Source: Octopus vulgaris (Eukaryota). Taken from it: DNA of 64,000 bases. Below are positions 13,601 to 25,295 of this stretch, piece after piece (position 1 is the stretch's first letter; every line of letters starts with the position of its first letter). Where the stretch lies: assembly GCA_951406725.2 (NCBI GenBank), contig OX597817.1:97774001-97838000 (forward strand), given 5' to 3'. The translations under genes and the position numbers were made by a program. Under the pieces are notes generated by a model. The model was given only the letters and a program-made list of their open reading frames with translations, did no database searches and was not told the origin of the DNA.

Positions 13601-14001
13601 CCCCTAACAAAACTAATGGGTACGCCGTACCAAGAAACTTCTCTAGGTCTCGGAAATACTCAGACTGACCATTGTGGCGGGCGTAAATTGCCACCAGTCT
13701 GATTTTCTTACCGCATCTGAAAGTCAGGTCTAAGACGACCAGCCTACCTTCTGGGTCCGAAAAAATTAACTTCTTCTCTGAAACCCGGTTTCTTTTTAGT
13801 AGGACCAACACCCCACCCCCACCTGCCGGCGGACCTGGAGAAACAAATTTCTCGTATCCGTCCAGGAGTGGGAGCCTTTAACCGGGTTTCAGTAGCAACA
13901 ATGACATCCAAATTATGTGATCTGACGTCGTTTAAGAAGCGACTTTGCTTCCATCCCGCCGTCAGGCCACACACATTTAAACATCCAACGTGAACTGCCA
14001 T
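10670..14001 (-). pseudogene. Tx1 ORF2 (APE endonuclease, reverse transcriptase, zinc finger), several frameshifts/stops
   Basis: Motifs CLNVCGL, VATETR, LLGDFN, SYIDRI, YSDHK, APGLDG, FRPITVLN, LDQSKVFDRV, VRQGCPLSP, AYADD and CPRC..ESVLHAIVQC. Confidence 0.92.
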
Positions 14002-14011
14002 AAGTCTTACC

Positions 14012-15317
14012 TCAATTTCCTGTGTCTTCGCTAAAAGGTGGTGGTGGGTCCGCCTCTTTTTCTTTTTCTCGAGCTCGTGGAGTCGTTTTAAGTAAGCCTT
14101 CGTACAGATGATCTGAAATATCCCACCTCATCGGGCCAACATCACTCTGATAGTCATTTGCTAGAACGTTGTAAGACGTTCTGTCTACGTGGTAGACTTC
14201 GAAACCGTCTTTAACGTTTTTGCATCCAGTTCTTTTTAGTTTTTTAATTTGTATTTGGCTCATTAATCTCGAGTTTGAGTTTCGAACCGCCATATACAGA
14301 ACTTCTTTTTCTCGTAATTCTTTTGTTTTTGATTTTTTGGCATTTTTATGCCTTCTTTGAGTTTGCATTTTTGCCAATGATTTAACATTTCTCTTTAATT
14401 TCCTTTTGCTACCAGCTATCTCCCACTCCGTCTCTTCTTTATTTTCGCTCTCATTTTCTTCTTCTGTGCTTTCTTTTTCTGTTTTTCCATTCTCTGTAGT
14501 TTCATTTTCCGAGTCTTCTTCAATGTTGTTCTCCTCTTTTTCTTTTTCTTCACCACTCTTGCATTCCGACCTAACATGACCTTTCTTTCCACATTTAAAA
14601 CATCTGGGTTTTCTACCTTCCATCATGACTACTAACTTCGTACCCATTGTATCTATGACCTCTGGAATTTTTCCTAGGGTCATAGGCTCTGCTTGGATCA
14701 GCATTTTTATTGTCTGGCCAAGGCAGACTTTGTCTTCTTTTATTTCCGCAGAAAGAAGTGTGGTTTCTTCCTCTAGGTCATACAGTACTGCCGCTACAAG
14801 CCATTTGGCGTCCACCTCCGGTGGTACACAGCTTATCTTTATTCGGGAGGTTCTCCCCCCCATATAAATTGGCAACAGTACCACCTCATCCGTTCGCAGC
14901 GGCTCCACAGAATACTTTTGCGCCTGTTCCAATGTTGACATCCTCACTTCAACAGTTGCATATCTTTTTCCTCTGGCCAAATATTTGATGTTATTCCAAA
15001 TTGGCCTTAAACATTTTTCTACACTTTTGTCATTGACATAGTTAATTTTTTTCTTTTCAACATTATACGTTTTGAAAATTACAGTCCTTTCGAGAGCATC
15101 TTTAATGAGGAGGGACCACCTTTATTTCGGTCCCTTCTTTTGTTAACAGCTCTCGGTGTGCCTTCAAATTGGTTGTATCAATTTTCCTTGAGTTTCCTCC
15201 GGCGGCAGCCGCAAAGCTCCTTATTGGTTCTTCCAATATCCTTCTGCTCACTACAGAATCCTTACTGGTACTTGGCACTGGAGATACACTCTCCCTACGC
15301 GCGACAGTACCTTCCAT
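14012..15317 (-). pseudogene. Tx1 ORF1 (gag-like, CCHC zinc knuckle, acidic/basic linker), one frameshift near 15100
   Basis: ORFs 15102..15317 and 14012..14980; zinc knuckle CFKCGKKGHVRSEC. Confidence 0.85.
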
Positions 15318-15553
15318 TGTGTAAAAACACTAATAAATACAGTAAAACGTTCCCTCGCACGGGGGAATTAAAACAAATTTTGCTTCAAAACAAGCAATAA
15401 ACAGTTCCTTTTTTTTCAAATTATAATAATCAAATTTAACTGTAACAGACACAAAATTTTAACTTTGTACGACAAAAAAACACACTTTTAACTTACTGCA
15501 TAATAAGCGACATTTAAGAAACAACATGCGTCTACAACAAACCCTCTACAACC

Positions 15554-15707
15554 AATTTCTTTATTAGCCACAAGGGCCCAAACATAGAGGGGGACAATAC
15601 AGCCTGATTGGGGTCAGACACACAATGATTATATGACTTTTAAAATTTTACAAAATATAATGAAATCGAATGAAATCGAATGAGATACAACAAGGACGAA
15701 ATACAAA
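15554..15707 (-). mobile_element. 5'-truncated (~150 bp) copy of the same Tx1 3' end
   Basis: Near-identical to 10447-10582. It carries AATAAA on the minus strand and is flanked by the direct repeat ACAAACCCTCTACAACC at 15537-15553 and 15703-15719. Confidence 0.85.
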
Positions 15708-18090
15708 CCCTCTACAACCGACTTTGATTGGAAAATGTTCCGCTACCTGCCTGCGTCTTCACATTCCTCGAGAAGGTTTACATAACGGTTCAATTTTCGA
15801 GCCCGAGCGGCGTCCATATTATCTTCATGAGGAACCGTTAGCTCGACTATATTTACAAATTTCTTTCTTTCACACCACATCAAAATATCTGGTTTTTTCG
15901 TAACTGGGATGGGAAAGAAAACCTGGCATCCAGGTAAATCTGCAGTTACCTCCCAATAGCCGTTCCACTTTTCATTTCTCTCAGGAAGTTTCTTGATCTT
16001 CTTCTTGAAACGGATCCACTAAACTGGTCGCACGAAGGTAATGAAATCTCTAGATGGTACTTTCTACGGTTTTTCCTCAGTGTTGTTGAGATGAATTTGG
16101 TTCTTTATAGCATTGAAGATAACCTTAAGGACCAAGTTGTGCCTCCATGTATACCTGTTCAATGCTAATGAACAGTTGGAAAGAATATGTTTTAGTGTAC
16201 CGACCTTTCCACATTTGCAGATGTCATTCTCTGAGACTTACTAGATTCGTAGGTGATGGCAAAACATCATAAGATGAACGAATCAGGAAACTCAGCCGAG
16301 ATGTCGTCCACTTCCACATCTCATCCTAACTTATCTTCCTCTCAACAACATGTTCTTCCCCTCTCGTCATCTGACCTTGATGAAAACATCGGATCAAATG
16401 AAGCTCTCTTCTCTCTGCTTCTCTTGTTTTGACGCTGTTGCTAACAACAGATCTGCGTTCACTCCGCATCATGCTCGCAAACGGTCTGAACTGATCTGCG
16501 CCAAAACCAAGTCCTTTCCGATGGTTCTGCGTTTCTCCCACCATATCTCTGTGTATAAGAGAAGACAAAATGTCGTCAGTCTCTGCTTCTGCTTTCCACT
16601 TCCTGGCTGTTTTCACCTCTGGTGGGTTACGCCTGATTTCCATATCCTTCGATTCTCTCAGCATCATGACTGTCCGTATCTTCCCCAGCTTATATATTTC
16701 GACTATTGATGCGAGCACCAAATTTTATAGTTACCAGGTAACTTCGAATTATCAATCGCTGATAACCCAGCCTCGGCCTGTTTCATAATTTCAATCCCAC
16801 GACTTCTTTCTGACAATGTTCCAGCGTATACTCGTCCCAAGCTCTTGACGGGCTCTTCCTTGACTGTTGGAATGCTTTCTTCAGATATTCGAAACTTAAA
16901 TTCTTTCTGCACTCCCTTAACAAATGTCAGACTACGCGACTTTTTTGCTCTAAATCGCATCCTTGACCATCTTACAAGTTCGTCTAATCTCAAGAGGGCA
17001 TTCTGCATGATTTGTTTATCTGTAGCTAGAAGTGTCATGTCATCCATGAAGGCTTTCTTAGGCGATTGTACCGAAAAATCTACACCTTTCAAAATCAACT
17101 CCATGACTAAGATAAACCACGTGACAGATATTGTACAGCCAGCTGCAATGCCAACCTCGAATCGGTGTAAAATTTCCAGTTGTAAACCTCATTTCGAAAC
17201 TGTCATAGTACATCCTCATTATTTTGATCACTTTGTCAGGAATGTGGAAGTGGTCCATGGCTGTTATTAGTAATTCGTGTGGTACTGAACCATACGCGTT
17301 AGCTAGGTCGAGCCATACCACGTTCAAACTTTTCTTGTTCTGTTTGGCGTCCTGGATCGCTTTCCAAATCAAAAAACAGTGTTCAACGCATCCAGGGGGA
17401 TCCTGGGGATTCCGGCCTTTTGAACAGATTCATCAACATATCCGTTACTCTGTAAATATGTCACTGTTCTCCTCGACAGAATTCCTATAAAGATCTTGCC
17501 TTCCACATTCAATAAGGATATCGGCCTAAACTGTTTTATGGTCTTTGCATTGGCCTCTTTCGGCAGGTATATACCTTCTGCCTTACACCAATCCTCTACT
17601 ATAGTCTCCTCGCGCCACAGTTGTCGGAGTAGGACGAAGAGCTTCTTTCGCAGACGATTGCAGTACTTGTAGACTTTATATGAGACGCCATCACCTCCTG
17701 GGGCACTCTTTGCTCTAGCTTTTCTTACGAATTCATTCACCTCTCTCTCCCTGATGTCCCCAATCTGGAATTCGATATCAGGTCCTGAGAGATGATTTAG
17801 CCCATGTAGAGGTGGCAGCGGCTGGTTACAGTGCGGATCGCTGATATGAGCATCCAATTCTTCTTTAGTGCACGATAAAGTACCACTCTTCGGTTCAGTG
17901 AACAGCTTCTTAGTAAACCCGTACGGGTCCTTCAGAAACTGCCCCCGAGTCCTTTTACTCTCCTTTCGACGCTCATATCGGCGGATATGTCGTTGCACAT
18001 AACGATATTTCCTCTTCAAATCGTTATACAGCAGCGCAAGGCCAGGTTTCTCATCTAGTGCAGCACATCTCCATCGCTTTCTTAAGTTGG
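15703..18090 (-). mobile_element. HERO/NeSL-type RLE non-LTR retrotransposon, decayed, truncated at both ends
   Basis: Motifs FLKDPYGFTKKL, SAPGGDGVSYKVYK, QFRPISLLNVEGKIF, WLDLANAYGSVPH, KAFMDD and HILSNC..RYTWRHN, plus RLE KPDI..VELTVP..FPIKVGCRGF. Confidence 0.85.
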
Positions 18091-18124
18091 ACTTTTCCTA
18101 ATTTTAATTTAAGTTGTATAATAG

Positions 18125-19350
18125 TGTAACATGTCTGTACTAGCATTAGTTTAACGCATACATTTGTAATCTCAAAGTAGGCTTAAACAACACCGTAATT
18201 GTCACATGCGTCCAATTGTCACATGTATAAATGTGGCTGCGGCCTTGTTTAATCGAGTTCCTTCACTTCGTTTCTCTAAGGGCTCCCGGTTTGTAGTTTG
18301 GTTCTACTGCGTTTGCACTGGTGTCTCTCACACAAGAACAATTCTTCGTCCACATGCGCCAGCAGTATCGAACCGAACTCACTGCTGTTATTTTTCATGT
18401 TTACTAGAAACATTTCTATCGAGTCTCTTTCTATATACACAAAGTACGGATCTTTTCGGTTTGAACGGCAGTTTTTAACATAATTTCTAGGTAACTAAAA
18501 AATTTTAAACTTCGTATACCGGTAGAATGTGTTTATAAAACATTATTTTTTTTCTTGGCTCCCTTGAGAAAATTTTGTAGTTTGTAACATATTTCGTCTT
18601 TAATTTCTTGCATTTCGGCAATTTTAACCAATCACTGGTGTCTATTGAGTTAAAAAGCATTCTGTGCCATATGAATATGTCCCTCGTTTTAGAAACAGAT
18701 TGGGTTTATTTACATTTGTGAAGAAAAAAAGATACCCTTCCCCCACCCCTAACCCTAACTAACCACAAATGTAAATAAACCCAATCTGTTTCTAAAATGA
18801 GGGACATATTCTTATGGCACAGAATGCTTTTTAACTCAATAGACGCCAGTGATTGGTTAAAATTGCCGAAATACAAGAAATTAAAGACGAGATATGTTAC
18901 AAACTACAAAATTTTCTCAAGAGAGCCAAGAGAAAATAATGTTTTATAAACACATTCTACCGGTATACGAAGTTTAAAATTTTTTAGTTACCTAGAAATT
19001 ATGTTAAAAACTGCCGTTCAAACCGAAAAGATCCCAAAGTACATCTAATGTCTTTACGCATTCATTCACTGTTATCACACTATAGACATCTCTATAAAAC
19101 TCAACTTACTTCTTAACAGAAATCTTATACAAGGCATTTACATTGTTCGTAACCCACTGCTGTGAATAAACTTTGCTATTGAACAAGTTGGGTTTTGTCT
19201 GTCTGTCGCTGTATACCAATTACTATTGAACGAACACACAGAGACAGTTATCAACAAGCTACCAGTGCCGACGTCGTCACTTCAACCAGATTGGACACTC
19301 CATTGAGTTATATCAACAAGCAACGAAGTGACTTTAGCTACACTGGCGAC
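18125..19350 (+). mobile_element. Probable LTR (TGTAAC...GCTACA) followed by PBS-like TGGCGAC, interrupted by a foldback MITE
   Basis: TG...CA termini with a short imperfect inverted repeat, AATAAA at ~19165, and CTGGCGACCA immediately after the end at 19342. No second LTR or internal region is seen. Confidence 0.4.
18448..19034. mobile_element. Foldback MITE, ~272-bp TIRs, GG termini, 8-bp TSD (Merlin- or Mutator-like)
   Basis: Arms 18448-18720 and 18764-19034 are reverse complements. TSD CAAAGTAC at 18440-18447 and 19035-19042. Confidence 0.9.
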
Positions 19351-19395
19351 CATTAGATCTTTCATTGAAGTAGTGATTAACTCACTATAACAGTA

Positions 19396-20185
19396 TCTCT
19401 CTATATATAAACGGCAGTTTGTCTGTCTGTGTGTCTGTCAGGTTGTACCCTCACCCTGACCACTGCTTTCAACCGATTCTGGTGAAACTTGACACACATG
19501 TAGCCCAATGTCATAATTCAAAACTAACGCAGCGAAAATTTTGAAAAGTTCCCCCAGTTCTGAAAAAAATCGATAAATTCGACGTGGGTCGAGAATCTAA
19601 ACTTTTTATATGCAACACATTTTCTACAGACTGTTTAGGGGACGCGACTCGACCTTTTTAACTCTCGGAACACGTGGGGTAAGTATCCCAAAATGTATAA
19701 AAATGTACAAAACCGGCAAAAAAGCGGGCAGCAATGTGAGTGACAACAACGAAAAAGTCAAAAGTGACCAAACTGAACAAACGAATGGAAAAGGTTTTTT
19801 GATGCACACGACAAAAGCGGTTTATAATAAACCAACAGTTTGCAAGTAGCGTCCGAGGACCCTTAGGGTACATCAAAAATTTAAGGTAAAACGTTTGGGG
19901 TGGTAGTTATAAAGAAAGTGTAAACAAAAAAAGTATTCGAATAACTTGCGGCTGCAGCAGCTATTAGCAGAAGTTGGGGGTAAAGTCTCGAATGTTATTT
20001 CTTCCTGGTAGGAATTGGTTGGGTTGAATTATCGATAGCTGTTTGATAGTTATTTAGGAGTGAAGAGAAGACATTGCAACCGACACATGCGCCTTCGTTC
20101 CCTAGAGGGAAAGGACTAGATTGGGATTAGTCGTTGCCTACTAGGGGCTCTTACATACCCGGGCAACGCCGGGCTATGCTGCTAG
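19396..20185 (+). mobile_element. Non-autonomous Helitron
   Basis: A|TC start, hairpin CCCGGGCAACGCCGGG at 20158-20173, CTAG|T end. Confidence 0.85.
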
Positions 20186-20641
20186 TTCTGTCATAAAAGG
20201 AAGATTAAACTCTATACAATAATAATTTATTTGGGATAGATTATACAAATACAGCTTTTCATACAATGTAAGGGATCAAATATTAACATGTCGTGAATCC
20301 TTTTTGAATACCAAGTAAATGCTAACTAGTTAGACAAAATTAGAAGGGTATCAGAAACGTGTGTGAGATGTCGTGTGTGAGGATCAGACAGAAAACATAT
20401 TCAGTTCATAGCAGGTGTCAACAAAATTGGTAACATGACTGTCCAATGTAGAGTAGAGTTAGTAATACGACAGGAGGCCAATGTCGAGTAGGCTGTGGCG
20501 GTAGAGTTAGCTGCTGAACAAATCGCCATGATAACGCAGGATATAATGATAGCCGTTGAATATTCGTCGTGAAAACGACAGTGGTCTGTAATCTGCTAGG
20601 CAAACGTCATTAGAACGACGGTAACTGCATATGGTCTGAGG

Positions 20642-20842
20642 CAGTGGTTTTCAACCAGGATTCCGCCAGTACAGTCCAGGAGTTCCGCAAGAAGTTACAA
20701 AACTGCTAAAATCGGCAGTAATTTTTTATTCTCTTGTGCAGATATGCGTGCATAAGACTATTAAATTATTGCACAGGGGTTCTTCGAGCCAGTAAAATGT
20801 TTCCTTGGGGTTCCGCACCAGTAAAAAGTTTGAAAAGCACTG
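20642..20842. mobile_element. hAT (Charlie-like) MITE
   Basis: TIRs CAGTGGTTTTCAA / TTGAAAAGCACTG. 8-bp TSD GTCTGAGG at 20634-20641 and 20843-20850. Confidence 0.88.
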
Positions 20843-21155
20843 GTCTGAGGAAAAAGAGGCCGGACAGTCGAATAAACTGCTATTTATATATTCTGTGGCC
20901 TGGTGCTTGATTTTCCCACTAATGGGGGAAATGACTTGTTGTAGGGACACGATTTGATAGTTGTGCTTGACCAACCAACTCGCCCGATCACCAGATCACG
21001 TAACAGCTGAAAGAGGAAGCTTTGTATAATCTAACTGAAGATATTTAATGTTAAACAATTGAAGCTTTAACCTTGCACACACGCCTCTGGTAACCGCTTC
21101 TGCTACATACTTACTCAGTTCCACATAATAATCATTTCTCGGCTTCTTTACATTG

Positions 21156-21400
21156 TTTGGTGTCGGTGGAGAGGACGACAGATAGGGGAGGGCGGAAGTA
21201 GGGCTTGCAGGGCGCATGCGCGGCAGGAAGCGGAAGCGGTGAGGGACGACGCACGTGTGGCATCAACGAAGCCGGGGCAGTTGGAGCTGAGACGGGGAAG
21301 CCACTGGACGCTGAGTTTGGTAGACTAATCTTCGCCGAGGTAAGACCTAATTATATTTCCTTTCTCCTTTTCTGTTGTCCTCTTCATCATTCACACCACA
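21156..21400 (+). repeat. 5' LTR
   Basis: Direct repeat of 25296-25540; ends CACCACA; the initial TG is mutated to TT. Confidence 0.95.
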
Positions 21401-21412
21401 AGCTATTTCGGC
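21401..21412 (+). promoter_or_regulatory. Non-canonical primer-binding site, complementary to the 5' end of tRNA-Phe(GAA)
   Basis: AGCTATTTCGGC directly abuts the LTR. Its reverse complement GCCGAAATAGCT equals nt 1-12 of the conserved metazoan tRNA-Phe. Confidence 0.7.
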
Positions 21413-21453
21413 ATATAAACAAAAACAATTCTCACACGGTTTTATAAATAAAA

Positions 21454-22077
21454 ATGATGATGAGTGCCCGTATTTCGCACGAAATTATAAAACCGTTTTG
21501 CGGCAACACGGATGTAGTCGTTTGGCTGAAGAAAGTGAAGTTAGTGGCGAAGCTCCATGGTATAAGTGACCTGGCGAGCTTCATGCCGCTGTACTTGGAT
21601 GGTCCGGCGTTGGCGTTGTATTTAGAGATGGAAGAGACAGACCAACTCAGCGCGGTGAAAGTGGAAGTCCGGTTGATGGAGGCCTTTTCGGAGGGAATGT
21701 TCGAGGCATACGCTCGCCTGGGTAGAACAAGATGGACTGGGCAACAGGTGGACGTGTTTGCCAATGAACTTAGGAGATTGGCTAAACTGGCGGGTTACGA
21801 GGGAGAGTCGCTGGACCGGACGGTTAGGTTGGCGTTCGTGACTGGCTTTCCCGACAACATGTCGGTCGAGCTACAGCAGCTTCCGAATGTGCATTCGATG
21901 CCGATGGCGGACATCATATCTCGGGTACGCGTACTAGTTTCGTGCAGTAGGATGACGTTGGTAGCAGCGGTGATTTGCTACCGGTGTCGAGAGCCGGGGC
22001 ATATAGCCAGCGAGTGTCTGCGGGGAAACGGACTGCGGGAGACTACTGCGCCGGTAATTGTCCCTTCGGATCAGTAG
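21454..22077 (+). CDS. gag: Gag with CCHC zinc knuckle
   Basis: Intact 207-aa ORF containing CYRCREPGHIASEC. Slippery heptamer GGGAAAC at 22023-22029 lies in the gag frame. Confidence 0.85.
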   Translation: MMMSARISHEIIKPFCGNTDVVVWLKKVKLVAKLHGISDLASFMPLYLDGPALALYLEMEETDQLSAVKVEVRLMEAFSEGMFEAYARLGRTRWTGQQVDVFANELRRLAKLAGYEGESLDRTVRLAFVTGFPDNMSVELQQLPNVHSMPMADIISRVRVLVSCSRMTLVAAVICYRCREPGHIASECLRGNGLRETTAPVIVPSDQ

Positions 22078-25000
22078 AGGCGCGCTTATCGTCGCTACCT
22101 GTGATCGACATTCTGGTGGAGGGGAAGATGTCGCGAGCCCTTGTGGACACGAGCTGTACAACAACCCTGATGACTACAGAAGTGGCAGAGACGTGAAGTG
22201 GAGGAAGCAGTGTTAGAGCTGTCGACGGAAGAAAAGTACACTGCGAAGGGGTTACAGATGCGCGGATTGTGGTGCAGGGACTACAGCTGACGCTGCGAGC
22301 GATTGTGGTTGGTCACTTGGTGGACGAGATCGACGTGGTGATGGGGATGGATGCAATCACCCGCTTGGGAGGTGTCACCGTTAACGAGGCTGGTGTAACA
22401 TTTGGGATAGCGGGGAAACCGTGTAGGGCGAGACCATGCACCGGCGACAACCGTGAGGAAAAGCATGCTGTGCACACCATTGAAGACCAGGATTTTCGAG
22501 CTGTCTTTGATGGCAAGAGGTGGACAGTGGAGTGGCACTGGAAGGGAGAGCCCCCGATGTTAAAGAATAAAGTGGGCTGCTATCAGCAGGAGATGCCAGA
22601 AGCGAGTTTGAGGGGGAGGTGGAGTGGTGGATTAAGGAGGGCATATTAATCCCTTGGGAAAAAGAAGAGAGCGGAGTCCTGCAACTGATGGGCGGTGATA
22701 CAGCCCACAAAGCATAAGGTCAGGCCAGTGCTTGACTTCCGAGAGCTGAATGACCACGTATCGTGTCATACAGGCGGCGAGGCCACGGATGTCTGCGGAG
22801 ACACCTTGCGAGAGTGGAGACAGATGACAGGGGCCTCCACGATTGTTGATTTGAAGTCGGCATACCTACAGGTGCATGTGGCTGAGAAATTGTGGAAGTA
22901 ACAGCTCGTCAGGTATAAGGGCCGGACTTACTGTCTTTCCAGGTTGGGGTTCGGGCTGAATTCAGCGCCAAAGATTATGGCAACAATTCTCAAGGCTATC
23001 CTGGGAAAGGTGGACAGGGTAAAAAGGGCCACCAATTCGTACATCGATGACATTCTGGTGGATGAAACCGTGATACCAGCAACGGAGGTCATAGGCCACC
23101 TGAAGAGTTTTGGACTGATCGCCAAGCCACCAGAGGCAATGGAGGGAGGTGCTGCACTGGGCCTCAAGCTATGGAGAGACAAGGCCGGTGCGTTGGTGTT
23201 CCGGCGAGGGAATGAGGTCCCTGAACTGAGCGCCAGCATGAGTAGACGGGAACTGTTCTCTGTGTGTGGGAAGCTGGTGGGACACTACCCGATTGCAGGT
23301 TGGCTCCGGACAGCATGTAGCTTCATCAAGAGTTGAGCCGAAGGAGTGAAGTGGAATGATAGAGTGGGGGAGAAGACGATAGACATGATGCAGGAAGTCT
23401 TGGTCAGAGTAGGAGCAGAGAACCCAGTGAGGGGCAGCTAGTATGTTCCCAAATCAAAGAGCGGGATCGTATGGTGTGACGCCAGCAGCATCGCAACACG
23501 GGTTGTCTTAGAAGTGGGAGGTGTCATGGTGGAAGATGCAGCCTGGCTCAGGAAGACGGATGACTGCAATCACATCAATGTGGCGGAGTTGGATGCCGTG
23601 TTGAAGGGGGTGAACCTGGCCTTGAAGTGGGGGTTGCACACCATAGAAACCAGGACTGATTTGGCCACTGTACTTGGCTGGGTGACAGCAGTTATCACCA
23701 ATGAGCGGAGGGTGCGGACCAAAGGGGCTGCAGAGATGCTGGTAAAGCGTCGATTGGGAATATGTTCCCAAATCAAAGAGCGGGATCGTATGGTGTGACG
23801 CCAGCAGCATCGCAACACGGGTTGTCTTAGAAGTGGGAGGTGTCATGGTGGAAGATGCAGCCTGGCTCAGGAAGACGGATGACTGCAATCACATCAATGT
23901 GGCGGAGTTGGATGCCGTGTTGAAGGGGGTGAACCTGGCCTTGAAGTGGGGGTTGCACACCATAGAAACCAGGACTGATTTGGCCACTGTACTTGGCTGG
24001 GTGACAGCAGTCATCACCAATGAGCGGAGGGTGCGGACCAAAGGGGCTGCAGAGATGCTGGTAAAGCGTCGATTGGGAATACTGCGTGAACTAACCACTG
24101 AGTTCAATCTGAAGCTGAGCATGATCTTTGTGCCTTCCGAGAACAGGGCAGACGTCCTGACCAGGGTAAAGCGAGCATGGTTGCAGGTGCCAGAGGATGC
24201 GAAGCAGGCTGTAGCTGCAGTATGCCGTCTGAGCGACTCGGAGTTGCAGAAACTGCATACCATGCATCACATGGGTGTGGACAGGACATTGTTCCTAGCC
24301 AGAAAAGTTTACTCCGATGTAACAAGACAGAGCGTGCAGAGGATGGTCAGCAGTTGTGACAGGTGCCAGTCCATCGACCCTGCTCCGGGCGTACATGAAG
24401 CGGGAAGTATTCCAGTGGACCATGACTGGAAACGACTGGCGGTGGACATAACACACTACCGGCAGGGGACATACCTCTCAATGGTTGACTGCGAACCGGG
24501 GCGGTTGGCCATATGGAGGGAGATGAAGACGGGGACCGCAGAAGAAATTGTGAAAGTGTTGAATGAGATATTCCTGGAACGAGGCCCCGTGGATGAACTG
24601 CTTCTGGATAATGGCACTGCATTTCGCTCAGATGTGCTGAAAGAAATGCTTGATGGGTGGAAAGTCAACCGCTTCTTCAGGGCGGCATACCGGCCAAGTG
24701 GAAATGGGGTAGTGGAAAGGCATCATCGCACCATCAAGGCCATGGCAGAGAGGGGTCACATTTCACCAATCGAGGTTGTATTTTGGTACAATATGTCGCC
24801 CAGATCAGGACAGGCTGAGGAGTCGGTGCCACACAGGGCAATATTCAGGTACGAGTAGAGGCATCCGTGTACTGCATCAATGCGACCCGGGGCAGAGGAA
24901 GAGCACGCCTTCGTGCAGGACGGGGAAGAAGTTTGGGTAAAACTCCCAAACGCACGGTGTACATCACAATGGGGAAAGGGGACAATAACCTCTGTAAATT

Positions 25001-25230
25001 CAAAGAATAACATCTCGGTCGATGGTATGCCATGCCACGTTTTGGATATACGGAGGATTGTCCATACCTCAGAGGATGGGACCAGCAGCAGTGGGCAAGA
25101 TGAAAACAACACCAGTAGACAGGATGATGAGGCCAGCAGCAACATACCAGGAACCAGTCTTAGGGTCGCACTGCGACCACAGAGGGAACGGCACCCTCCT
25201 CCCTGGTTGGCTGATTATGAAACCAGTTAA
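22023..25230 (+). pseudogene. pol: Pol (protease, RT, RNase H, integrase) with stops, a frameshift and an internal duplication
   Basis: PR ALVDTS; RT VRPVLDFRELN, DLKSAYLQ, YIDD; RH WCDAS..AEL..TD; IN HTMHH..CDRC, AVDITH, LDNG, VERHHRTIK. Confidence 0.9.
23442..24079 (+). repeat. 319-bp tandem duplication of the RNase H region
   Basis: 23442-23760 and 23761-24079 are identical except for one visible T/C difference. Confidence 0.95.
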
Positions 25231-25295
25231 GGTGTGAGTTCGGGAGCGGGGAGCGAGTGAGAAAGCCGGTTCAGTGATCTGTAGATCAGGGGGCG

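Larger units (their letters stand above)
10447..15536 (-). mobile_element. Tx1-clade (L1-group) LINE, near full length, last ~20 nt of 3' end missing
   Basis: ORF1 with a CCHC knuckle, ORF2 with APE + RT + C-terminal Cys motif, a T-rich 5' UTR, and a 3' UTR also present at 15554-15707. Confidence 0.92.

Noticed and set aside
10447-15707. LTR retrotransposon defined by the ~135-bp direct repeats
   Set aside because: The interior is APE-RT (non-LTR), the repeats lack TG..CA ends, and the second repeat has its own TSD.
21262-21290. Tf1-style self-priming partner GCCGGGGCAGTT in the LTR for the odd PBS
   Set aside because: It needs four G-U pairs and a mismatch, far weaker than the perfect tRNA-Phe 5' match.
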